From positions 5,816,532 to 5,879,844 of the forward strand of contig NC_057757.1 in assembly GCF_004010195.1 (NCBI RefSeq): DNA of 63,313 nt, in the 5' to 3' direction. This document shows positions 26,261 to 38,500 of the stretch, in pieces (positions within the stretch are counted from its first letter, which is position 1; every line of letters starts with the position of its first letter). Position numbers and translations under genes: made by a program. The DNA comes from Chiloscyllium plagiosum (taxonomy: Eukaryota). The notes beneath the pieces were generated by a model that did not search any database, was not told the origin of the DNA, and saw nothing but the letters and a program-made list of their open reading frames with translations.

Positions 26261-28400
26261 ACCCAGGAAAGAATAAGGAAAAATAGTCCGGTTGTAACCT
26301 TCCCCAAAAAGCTTCGCAAGTTTATTTCCATCAAGGGCCTGCCTTATTTCCCTCTTGAGATCATCCATCATCTCTGCTTCCCTCTTTCCCCCTTTCAAAG
26401 GCAGCACTCTGGAAATCTGGCACTCCTTTCCGAGAAAGGTCTGGAGCATGAGTTTAAAAAAATACCAAAACCGAAATTGACACATTGCTGTTGCATGAGG
26501 GCACAGGAATGTTACAGAATCGAGGCAGGTAAATTTGAGTTAACAGACTGATATAAATGAAAATGGAAATTGATGGGATTGTGCTTTCTTTTTTGTGTTT
26601 CACTTTTTAAAAAAAAAACTTATTCCTGTTCATACCCCAACTATGCCATGCTATGCTAACTGGGCAAGAATTTATAAATAATCTCTATTGCCCTCTTGAG
26701 AAGGTGATGGCAAGCTGCATTCTTGAACCTCTATATCCTGAATGGTGTAGAGACACTCAGTGGTGCTAGGGAGGGGGTTTCCAGGATTTTACCTGCAATA
26801 CTGAAACAACAATATACATTCACCTCTGGATGGTTTGTGGCTTGGAGGGGATCTTACAGGCAGCTGTAATCCCACGTATCTGCTACCCTCCTCCTTCCGC
26901 ATAGAGGAGTTCACGGGTTTGGAAAGTGCTGTCTCAGGAGCTTTGCAGCTTGTACGTAGTGCACACTGCAGCCACTGTACAAAAGTACTGAAATGGGGTG
27001 CCAGTCAAGCAGGCTGCTTTGTTCGGATGGTGCAGAGCTCCCCGAGTATTGTTGTAGATGCCCTCATCCGGGTAAGTGGGAAGTATTCCATCACACTCCT
27101 GATTTCTGCTTTGTAGACAGTAGACAGGCTTTGAGTTGGGAAGTGAGTTGCTTGCTACAGAATTCCCAACCTTTGACGTAAGTGGGATTTGATCTCCTAT
27201 CCTCAGGATTGCTAGACCAGTAAGTAGCTTTCAACCAATCTGGGTTTCTATTGAAATGTTTACATGGGCAGTTTCATTGTTAAGCATTGACATAAATCAT
27301 GACCAGAGGAGCTATGAAACCTGTTATGACATGGCAGTGAACCCTTCTGCTCATTAAACCAAACACACAGGCTCGCCTCGCAATCTGTTAAAGCAGAAGT
27401 GTCAGAGAACTATGCAAATTCCACTATTTAACAAAAATATCAATTTTATTCTTTAACTCTAAAAGTGAACATTAAACAATAACCATTTACATCTCCTTTC
27501 TCTCAAAGATTTATTACCTCCCACTCTATATAACAATCTACTAATCCAATAAAGTCCCTATTAAATTTACAGCAACTTAATTTTCAAAACCAGACAGCAC
27601 TCATCTCCAGTGTCGGTCTTCCTGTTTATATATCTCCCTGGGTCGTCATCGATCTTCTGCAAAGTTGTTTCATATGAAAAATGTACTTTTGACAGAGTGT
27701 GTGGTAAATAGCAGTGACTGTTGGTGCTCTTTCTGGCTAACTGTCCAAAATACCTCCGTTTTTTTTAATACGTCAAATATTGGATCGTCTCATTAGTTCG
27801 ATGTTGTCAAAGCAGTAAAATTCAAATTTGATTGGGTTTTAGGATCTTGGCTAAAAAATGTGTTACTGGAAAAGCGCAGCAGGTCAGNNNNNNNNNNNNN
27901 NNNNNNNNNNNNNNNNNNNNNNNNNNNNNNNNNNNNNNNNNNNNNNNNNNNNNNNNNNNNNNNNNNNNNNNNNNNNNNNNNNNNNNNNNNNNNNNNNNNN
28001 NNNNNNNNNNNNNNNNNNNNNNNNNNNNNNNNNNNNNNNNNNNNNNNNNNNNNNNNNNNNNNNNNNNNNNNNNNNNNNNNNNNNNNNNNNNNNNNNNNNN
28101 NNNNNNNNNNNNNNNNNNNNNNNNNNNNNNNNNNNNNNNNNNNNNNNNNNNNNNNNNNNNNNNNNNNNNNNNNNNNNNNNNNNNNNNNNNNNNNNNNNNN
28201 NNNNNNNNNNNNNNNNNNNNNNNNNNNNNNNNNNNNNNNNNNNNNNNNNNNNNNNNNNNNNNNNNNNNNNNNNNNNNNNNNNNNNNNNNNNNNNNNNNNN
28301 NNNNNNNNNNNNNNNNNNNNNNNNNNNNNNNNNNNNNNNNNNNNNNNNNNNNNNNNNNNNNNNNNNNNNNNNNNNNNNNNNNNNNNNGAACCGTTGCTAA

Positions 28401-28538
<138 letters not shown>

Positions 28539-31500
28539 CCATAACATGAAGTGGGTGTCATCGATGCAAAAGAGAAAAGATTTCTAAAAAAAGCCTGATT
28601 ATTTAGATTCTGAAAACTATATGCCCTCCCTCCCCTCCCTCCCTCCCTCCCTCCCTTCCTGCCCTCCCACCTTCCCTCCTTTCCACCCTCCCCCTCAAGA
28701 AGAATCTACAGGGTACGGGAGGCAAGGAAGAAGAGGAAGATGTGCCTGTGACAAATGGGTCTTACCCCCTCTGCTCCCCCCCAAAAAAAAGAGGGGGGAG
28801 AGAAAAAGTACCCCCGTAACAAAAAAGGAATCCCACAGTTGTGACCTATTGAGGGTGAAATTTTATTTGTTACAGTAACAAAGCAAAAGGCTTGAAAAGA
28901 AAATGGTTTGCACAAGGCTTTTTGTGGAGGTAGAAAACCATAAGTGGATGGAAAGACTGCAATCAATTTTTTTTAAAAGAAAAAAGAGGAAAAACTTAAA
29001 TTGACCCAGAATTCTTGTGAGCTGCTGGTGTCAGTCTAAGCCTTTGTCACCAGAATTTATGTTGTTTATGTACCTGGCTCCAGTTTTGTTCAGATTTTGC
29101 GTGTGAATGAACGAGTGTGTGTGTTTCTTTCAAAAACATATTGTGACTGATGTCTCCTTTGACCACTTCTACCCTTTGTCCTCTTCTGCCCCCATCCTTC
29201 CAAAAATACCAGTGCCCTTCCTCTCAGTGAGTGAGATGTGTGAAATTTTTACAAAAATAAATGGCCCACTTGCAGCAAAGGACCACAACTATTGGTCAGT
29301 GCTAGGTGAGGATGACACTCGTGCTGTTGTCTGTATTTCCCCCCTCCACCCTATCCCTGAGTCTCACTCACCTTCACTTTCAACTTCTGTTCCCACCCCA
29401 CCTCTGGCTTTTTCTTCTTTACTTTAATATCAGCCAAATCCTGACTTATGTTTCCGCTTAATAGCTTGCTCCCACTGTGCAAACATCGGAGGTCTGTGCA
29501 TGGCAGCAGCTTCTGAAACCAGAATTCCGTGCGTTGGTTTGTTGATTGTTGTGTGTGGGGAACCCTTGAGAAGTCATGCAGCTTGGAGGCAGCACTAGTC
29601 CTGATTGGTCCTTGCCTTGCTACATCTGTGTCATCTCTTCATCAACCACAGAAGCGAAGCCCTTTTTGCCATTATTCATCAGTGCATTGTGGATAACAAG
29701 ACATTTCTAACCATTATGGCTCCTTATGAGCCTACCTATGATGACAATATAGTCCAAAGGATTTTCAGGAAGAAACTCTGTTCTTTTTCTGGTATTGGGC
29801 AAATTGGCGAGGGCTAGGGCAGGGACCTCTGTGATGGTATTGGTCTTGCCTGGCCTGGTACTGTCTTTTACTTTTGCGACTTCCATTGTGGGACCATTTA
29901 AAGGAGGCAAACGCAGTGATGAAGAGGCTGACGTCAGCATTACCCTATGCCCTTAGAATCAGACTACAACTTGTGCCATATGACTCGAGCTGATACAACA
30001 GGGTATTATTTTCTGGGGCTCAAAAGTCCTGCACTGGTGCCAACCCCACACAACCTCTCTTCCCCAAAATAAAAGTCACTATAGTTACTCCCTCCATTCC
30101 ATCATACTCGGATATTTTCCGATGTTGGTAAAAAGCAGTTGTCTCTTAAAGAACCTTTTTTGTGTTAGCAAACTATTGGAAGAGGAGAGATGCTACCTGG
30201 ACTGTTGGCGACTGTGGACAGTCATTGTTTCCTGCTGTCCCAGGTTCATGTCCTGACCATCTTTAACATGCCATAGGCAAGGGAGGAAACATCTAGGGAG
30301 GTATTTAGTTAATATGCGCAGTGGTTATAATAATCTGTCTCCATTTCCCCCATTCCCACATTTACCCTCCACCCAAATAGCTGTGAAGTTGTCATTTGTC
30401 TCTGTTGGGAGGCACAACTGCCACCTGCCCTCTCCCAAGTCTGTATGTATGTGCGTGTGTGGCGCAGCATTTATAAAGTTGGTATACACTCCACACCTTC
30501 CCTCCCTTGCTGCAGTGCTTGTGAACTGTGATGACTCTGATAGTACACTGGCAGCAGGACAGTTATTCACCAAAACCAGCTGATGTGCTTCTCGTAACCT
30601 GAATGTCATGGCCCCAGACCTTTTCAGGTAGATGTGATGTTGAGATAAGAGTCTTTTGAAAGCTTGTAAATCTGTCAAGTATTAAAGGAGTATTGAAGTA
30701 CAAGAGAGGGTTTAGTGCAATTTGTTCCATGGTAATTTTGCTTTGGTGTCTCACTGGTCAATCAGATGTCTGCTTTAATGCCAGTATTGATTTCCTTGCC
30801 TTTCTGACTGCTCCTGTTCACGCACTGAGCCAAAGCGTGGTGCTATTCCAGTTAACAGACACTGTTATTTCTTTGCTCCTTTTGGTGATGAGTCAAGGAG
30901 ATTTTAAAGCAGGGATGTAATCCCAGAATAAGAGCCAAGCCATTTAGGACTGATGAGCAGAGGTTTTTTTTTGCACTCGGTTGTGAATCTTTGGAATTCT
31001 CTATCGCAGAGGGGTGTGTAGCCACTCATTGAGTGTATTCAAGACAGAGATTTAATGCAATTAAAACTTTCAAGGGATATGGGGATAATGTGGGAAAGTG
31101 ACTTAGATGTTGAAGATCTGCCATGATCCAGTTGACTGATGGACCAGATCCTATTTCCTATATTTTCGTGCTCTTTAGGAAAAGCTCACCTGTTCTGTTA
31201 TCAACCAAGAACATTTAAGCAAACTGAGCCTCCTTAGAACGGAGGCCTGAGTGAAGATGCTGAAAGGTTAAGATCGAGTGGATACAGCAGAATAATTCTG
31301 CTTTTTCCACAAAAGAAAACAAAGACTTTAGGATAAAAGGCAAGAAATCCTACTGAGTATTCCAGGAGAAACTCCTCTCTCTCTAAAGAGTGGTGAGAAC
31401 TCCTACAGACTGTGTTTGAGGTGTGAATGCATTTAAGGGGTAATGTGAGGGAGAAAGGGATAGAGAGACTTGTACTGATTGTTCAATTTGGAAGGGTGGG

Positions 31501-33409
31501 AGGAAGAAAGTCTAAAACCAGAGGCTGGTTTGGGTCAAATGGCCTGTTTCTATGCGGTGCAACTGTTCCTCTTTGTCAGCTCTTTGAGCTTGGGGTGAGT
31601 GGTTAATTAGGTAGGCTTCCTGGTTGTATTGATCATCCTTAGAGAGAGCACGGGCAAACTGGGTGAGTGCACTGGTTCTCTCTGATCGTTGGTGACAGAA
31701 TCTCAACTTATTGAGTTTCCAGAGGGCATGCTATTGTTTGGAAGATCCAACCTGCTTGAGGAACCTTCATTATTATTACTTCTCCAACCCAGTGCCAAAC
31801 GTCCCTTTTTTTTTAAAAAAGTAGGAACACTTGAGGAGTTGACAAACTGCGTCTTTGTGTCATTGGGAGATCTTTCTGTTGCCTGTCAGGAAGATGCAAG
31901 TCATGCCTTGCATGTTTGATTTCTTCCCCTTAATCGGGAAATACTGCCAATGTGTTATGTTTGAAAGAGGGGTTCAGGAGGGGGGCTTGGTGAAAACTGC
32001 ACCCAGATGCTGGTGAATCTGCATATTATCTGTTTTCCCGATTTTTAATTTACTTTTGAGAGCCCTTGCATTCCCGTTCTTGCCCAGCCAATATTTCTCT
32101 CTCAAACTAACTTCAAAAGAAAAATCTGGCCAGTGTCACATTGCTGTCGAGGGGACCTTGCTGTACTCTAATCCAATGCTGCATCTCCGACAATGCAAAA
32201 GTACTTGACTGGCTGTAAAGAGCACCCCCCCCCTTGCTGTCCCTGGTCCATCTGAGAAAGGCACTGCCATCTCTGTTTGCAGAGTGATAGGAAACCGGTT
32301 TTCTGCTGGTCACCTGATGGTCTGCATATCAATTGTGTAAGAATGCTTTACCTTTCTCCTAAAAGTATAATTTTTTGAAGGTTCCACCTCTGGTGAGAAT
32401 CCTATAAAGCACGGTTGCTGTAATTGGACTACCGAATCTATTAATGTTTCTGCTATCTTTTCAAGTGAATCAATTTTGTTCATTATGTTGTCGGGCGAAT
32501 TTACTCCTCATTCAACAGATCCCCTCCTTGCATTCACTAACTGTGGCCTATCTTGAGAGGTGGGGCCTGTGATTTGCAAGTATTATACTTCATGTTATGT
32601 TGTCCTTTGCCAATTCTCATGTTCTTTCTTCCTCTGTCTCTCCTGCCCACCATCACAGCATCCTGCTTTGATTGGGCAAGGAATCTGTCTAGAGAGAGGC
32701 CACCCCACCTTGTCGACAAGGTTAGTGGATTGCATGCTCGGCCTGTTGACTACAGACTGCAGTAAGCATTTGGTGGGTTTACTGAATGCAAACCACCTCT
32801 TTTTTCCTCCTCCTACCCTCTCCTTCATTCTGAGCCCAGCCCATTTGCATGGTTGGTGAGGGATATGTCGTAATGACTTGATGCTGTGTAATGTAGCTGA
32901 CACAGTGGTGGTAAGGTTGGCTGAATTGCTAAGTTGTCAAGGATCTAATGCATAATATGCACAGTTGATATTGTGGTGCATCACTGTCGTTGAATATGGA
33001 GATAAATTAGTTAGTTTAATAAGCCTTGCCTTGACAACAGATTTGGCATAAATGATCCACTCAGATATGTTTGATACGAGCTGTAAATAATGAGTGAGAG
33101 AGGTCCCAACTCTTGTTCCAGTTGGAATGTCCTCACCTCGAACCTTAAAAGTAATCGAGCGAAAGTTTGGGTCAAGGGAGTCTCCTGGGTTTAACGTCCC
33201 AGTGAAAATTTGATTTTTCCTCCCAGTGCGAACATTTTGCTAACTGTTGTTATGTTCACTGGACTAAACACTGGAGACTGAGGGGCAGGGCTTGATAATC
33301 TACTGCAGGGTGGAGTGTATGTGGGACAAGGATAATTTGAGGGAGCCAGTGATGTTTTATTTCTTTGAGGGGAGCTGAGGAACAGTGACTAGGTCAGCGT
33401 TTAGTACCC

Positions 33410-34025
33410 ATTCTTGCTACTTGCGAAGATACTGGTGAGCCACCACCTTGAGCTGCTGCAATCCATATGGTGCTAATACAGTGCTGTTAGGGAATTCCAA
33501 TATTTTGATCCCGTGATTGTAAAGAAACAGCAAGATATTTCCAAATAAGGATTGTATGTTACCTGGAAGGGAACTTGCAGGAGCTAGTGTTTCCATATAT
33601 CTGCTGCCCTTGAACTTTGAGATGATAAAGGTCATGGGTTTGTACAGTGCTTTCCCAAGCCTCAATGAGTTGTTGCAATGCATCTTGTAGATAGTACACA
33701 GTGTTGCCATTGTGTGCCAGTGGTGGAGGGAATGAAGGTTGAAGATGGTGAATGTGGTGCCAACAAGGCTGGAACTGCTTTGTCCTGGATAATGTCGAGC
33801 TTCTTGAGTATTGGAGTTGCACAGATCCGGGCTAGTGGAGAGTATTTTATCACACTCCTGACTTGTGCCATGTAGATGGACAGGATTTTGAGGAGTCATG
33901 AGGTGAGTTGCTTGATAAAGAATTCCCAATCTTTGACGTGCTATTGTAGGCACTATCACTAAATGGCTTTTGGTCAGTGATGGTGTTCAAGATGGTGGGG
34001 GATTAAGGAATGGGATTGGCATTGA
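33410..34025 (-). mobile_element. CR1/L2-clade LINE 3' fragment inside the putative 3'UTR
   Basis: ORF 33662..33871 MAQVRSVIKYSPLA...LKKLDIIQDKA, a remnant of the region downstream of RT. Confidence 0.7.
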
Positions 34026-34919
34026 ATTTTAAATAGCCGTGAAAGGAGAATGTGCCAGGACAAAAATCTTAGAACTCCCTCATGTGACAAGTCTGTGAGC
34101 CTGCATTATAATAAAAATTCTCCCTTAATAAAGGTCATTGTGTTTGTTGAAGACCTGAATATAATTTACAGTTCCCATACATTTCTCTCTTTCCAACCTC
34201 CTTCCACTTTTGAGTAGGGAAAACCCAGCACTTCATCAGAATTTTAAAAGCATTGTTTTAATAACTTCTGCAGCACGCGTCAGCATAACCAAGCTCATTA
34301 CTGAGACAAGTCGCTTGTGTTAAAAAGGAAGAGAGGGAAGCATTTTTCTTTTTTTAAAAAAAAAGCCCGCTATTGTATGTTGCTGACTTTAACTTTGTAT
34401 ATATTATATATAGAAAAAAAATAATGTGCACAGTGTAACCACTGGGCTGCAGAAACAAATGTTAGTGTTGTGTTGAAGGATAATGAAACCTTTTTAAAAT
34501 GGGAAAAAAAAAGTGTTTTTAGAGACTGTATTTATCTGTAGCTAATCTTGTTGGTGGATTTGTATTGTGTAATTTCTTGAAGAAAATGTCAATGAATGAT
34601 AAGTATGTGTTTTGATTTTAGATATTTTGGGGAGGGAGGGGTGAGAATGTAAACTCCGTCCAGATGGGCCAGTTTTTTTTTAATACAATTTTTTTTTTAA
34701 AACCCCAAGCACTCCACCTTTATCAATTTTCCTTGCATTGAATGGGGTTGTTTTCTTGACCACCCCGTTCCTTTACGGAGGCTGGTGATGGTGCAGTATA
34801 AATATATATAAAATTATATATACTTTTTTGGGTTAATTTTGTTCTGGCACCATTTCAGCGAAGGCAAAGTGGAGACAAAAAAATGTTTGAATTTTTCACT
34901 TTCTCTGCTCTTTGATTTG

Positions 34920-34925
34920 AATAAA
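34920..34925 (+). terminator. Candidate distal polyadenylation signal AATAAA
   Basis: AATAAA followed by gttctgtgttctgtattctttttg (GU/U-rich downstream element); repeat density rises right after it. Confidence 0.55.
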
Positions 34926-36693
34926 GCAATGTTCTGTGTTCTGTATTCTTTTTGACTGGTTTCAATCTCCATCAGTCACCTTTTCTTGTTTGAGGTCGTC
35001 CAAATCCCTCTTTCTCTCTTGTGTGCGCTGCTTCCCACTCTCGGGTGATCACGAGTTGATCTCTTGATTACAGATTTGAGCCACTTGCTCAGTTATTTCA
35101 GACTATTAAGAGTAAACCCTATTGCTGTGGGTCTGGAGTCATCATCAAATTTAGTTAATAAACAATTTATGTTGCTCAGCAGATAATGCTTTGGCCCTAG
35201 TGGTAAAGTCAAGGGGGCGGCTAATCCACAGGCCCAGGTTAAGGCTCTGGGCATACGTTGGCAGCTGAAATTTACATTCACAGCATCAACAGGCTATATG
35301 GCTTCTCTTCTGAGGAGAGCTAGAAAGGGGACCTAATGGAAGTCTTTAAAAACTAATTAAAGGCTTTGCCACCCAGACAGATGAAAATGTGGACCTCACT
35401 CCAACGAAAGGGGTTGAAGGAAATAAAGATACATTTAAGGGAAATGAGAACTGCATGAGGGAGAAGGGGCTGGAAGGTTACAAAGAAAAGCTTAAATTTA
35501 AACACAAATGGTGGAGGCTCAAGTCGAGCATCATCGCCAGCACAGATCAGTTGGACTGCATGGCTTATTTGTGATGTGTATATAACCCTGACCAAATGTT
35601 TCACAACTTCCAACAGTTGCACGTGTAACTCAGTCAAGGTTTGAGGCCCATCCTGAGACACTTGGGCTCAGAATCCAAAATAGCAAACCCCTGCACAGCA
35701 CTAAGAGAGGGTTGCACTGTCTTGTGTTTCGGATGAGACATTAAACCAAGGACCCTGTTGCTTAATTTGGTGGATTTTACTGGAAGAAAGCCCCCTCCAT
35801 ATCCTTGGGCGCAAAAAATTAATTAGTCATTTGTGGAAGCTTGTGTGTACATTGGAATACATCCTAATCCATAAAATAGTGAAAATACTTAAAATAGTAC
35901 AGGTATGAAATGTGTAGTGATGTCCTCGGGTGTTTTTGTTATTATTCACTAATAGGACATGGGCACCGCTGGCTGGGGAAGCATTTATTGTCCATCTCTA
36001 GTTGTTCTTGGTGGTGGTGAGCTACTGCTTAGGTAGGACCCACGGTTCTGTTCGGAAGGGAATTCCAGGATTTTGACCCATCACCAGTGAAGGAACAACA
36101 TATTTCCAAGTCGGGATAGTGAGTGACTTGGAGAGAAACTTGCAGGTGATGGTGTTCCCATGTACCTTTGCTGCTGTCCTTCTAGATGGTTGAGTTCATG
36201 AGTTTGGAAAGTGCTATCTCAGGATCGTCGGTGAATTTCTACAGTGTATAGAACATAGAACAATACAGCACAGAACAGGCCCTTCGGCCCACGATGTTGT
36301 GCCGAACTTCTAACCTAGATTAAGTACCCAATAAAAAAACACCGCTGCCCGCTACAGGTAAGTAATTTTGAAACAGGTAAGTATCTTGCAAAGGGTAAAC
36401 ACTGATGTGACTGTGGCAGTGGTGGAGGCAATGCACACTTGTGGTTGTGATGCCAAAGCTGCCTTGTCCTGGATGGTGTCAAACTTATGGTGTTAGAGCT
36501 GCACTCATCCAGGCAATTGGGGAGTATCCTGACTTGTGCCTCGTAGGTGGACAGGTTTTAGGAGGTCAGGAGGTGAGTTAGTCATTGCAGTATTCATAGC
36601 CTCTGCTCTTATAGCCACTATTTTTCATCTGGCAGATCCAGTTCAATTTCTGATCAATAATAACTCCTGGGATGATGATAGTCAGGGATTCAG

Positions 36694-37281
36694 TGATGGA
36701 CCAGGCCAGACCCCCTCAAAATATTTGAAGAGGAGAGCCTACATTTTCTAATTTTTTTAAAAGGTAGATGTGAAGTGGGTGTACCAGGTGTGACGCAACT
36801 GGTCAAACCACTTGTCTTTAAGCAAAACACAATTTGTTTAAACACTACAATTAAAACTAAAGAAAGCAGAATTTAGAATAACTGCACTATTGGAAAACAT
36901 AACCAAATATTTGACACAATAACATAATTAATTGTTCCAATATAGTAACATTCCATAAACACCCTTCGGTAAAAAGATAAATTCATACACTGACTCTGAC
37001 GAGCAAGATTCCAACCCAGGGAAGAACAACCACAGATTTCAGAGGAAGTCATTTACTGAAACTAACAACCCTTCTGATACTCTCACCTCTTGTGACTGCC
37101 ACAACTTCAAAAAAAAACTAGACAAATCTAAACTGGGAGAACTGGCCACTCCCCTTCCATTGCTAAACCGTTTTAGCTTTCTAGCTCCCTAGACTCTTGG
37201 GCACCTCTGCCTTTACAATCTCTCTTTTTTAAAAAAAAACCCAGGACAAAATAACCTTCTTAAAGTGACAGCATCGTCACA
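36694..37281. mobile_element. Possible solo-LTR-like insertion
   Basis: Starts tgatgg and ends catcgtcaca (TG...CA with a weak terminal inverted match); interrupts a LINE fragment; TSD unclear. Confidence 0.3.
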
Positions 37282-37709
37282 CAGTGACACTAAATATCCC
37301 ATGAAATAACAGTGAAAAAGTTACCATGTATTCACAGGTAATGAGAAGTCATATGTAGATATAGGTTCTTCCATATCTCTAAACTGGCAATGATTTATGT
37401 TGGAGTAAATTTGCTTGGAATTGCAGCAATAATAGGATACCCTTGTTCCATTTTGTCTGTAACCCTATAAATTTCTTTCTGAAGCCCTTATTCAACTCGC
37501 TTTTCAAATGTAGCTGCAGTCCCCTCCAACCAGCTGTACAGGTAATACATTTGCAACTCTGAAAGGAGACAGATTCTCTTCCTCTCTCTTAGAAATTTTG
37601 TCTGACAAATTATTTAACGTTATTGTATAAAATGGGTAACTGATTACTGAGCTTAAAAATGTGTTGCTGGAAAAGCGCAGCAGGTCAGGCAGCATCCAAG
37701 GAGCAGGAG

Positions 37710-37745
37710 AATCGACGTTTCGGGCATGAGCCCTTCTTCAGGAAT
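37710..37745 (-). ncRNA. Intact minimal hammerhead motif of a second Penelope family
   Basis: Minus strand reads attc-CTGAAGA-A-GGGC-tcat-GCCC-GAAA-CGTC-gatt; lies in pLTR fragment 37650-37745. Confidence 0.7.
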
Positions 37746-37904
37746 AACTGAAGAATACTGAGCCATAGAAGGAGGTGAAGAAGGTTTGAGGGAGGAAGGA
37801 TGTTACTGAACTTGGGCCCGAGGCTGCCAGTACTGGAGATGAGGGAATTTGAGAGTTGAAGTTATTGGAGCAGTGGCATAGGATGGAAAAGGCAGTTGTA
37901 CATA

Positions 37905-38500
37905 TAGTCCTAGAGATGTACAGCATGGAAACGGACCATTTGGTTTAATCTGTCCATGCCGACCAGATATCCCAACCCATTTTAGTCCCACCTGCCAGCA
38001 CCCAGCCCATATCCCTCCAAACCCTTCCTATTCATACACCCATCCAAATGCCTCTTAAATGTTGCAATTGTACCAGCCTCCACCACATTCCATACACGTA
38101 CCACCCTCTGCTTTCAAGTTTCATAACATCCAATAGGAAGGAGACCAGAATTGCACGCAATATTCCAACAGTGGCCTAACCAATGGTCCTGCACAGCCGT
38201 AACATGACCTCCCAACTCCTGTAGTCAATACTCTGACCAATAAAGGAAAGCATACCAAACACCTTCTTCACTATCCTATCTACCTGCAACTCGACGTTCA
38301 AGGAGCTATGAACTTCCAAGGTCTCTTTGTTCAGCAACACTCCCACCTTAGCAGGACTTGTACACTTAATGGTAAGATTTGCTTTCCCACAATGCAGCAC
38401 CTTGCATTTATCTGAATTAAACTCCCTCTGCCACTTCTCAGCCCATCTGGTCCAGTTCCTGTTGTAATCTGAGGTAACCTTCTTTGCTGGCCACTACTTC
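37905..38500 (-). mobile_element. CR1 LINE 3' fragment with internal deletions
   Basis: ORF 38176..38400 (LHCGKAN...QVDRIVKKVFGMLSFIGQSIDYRSWEVML) plus CR1 tail. Confidence 0.8.

Larger units (their letters stand above)
28539..34945 (+). other. GNB2: Probable long GNB2 3'UTR
   Basis: Repeat-poor relative to the introns; U-rich, TGTA-rich block at 34320-34920 typical of 3'UTR ends; ends at AATAAA followed by a GT/T-rich element. Confidence 0.55.

Noticed and set aside
28549..28556. Possible 3'UTR intron donor (gaa/gtgggt) just after the stop, as in GNB1
   Set aside because: Weak donor, no matching acceptor identified, and the downstream sequence reads like ordinary UTR.
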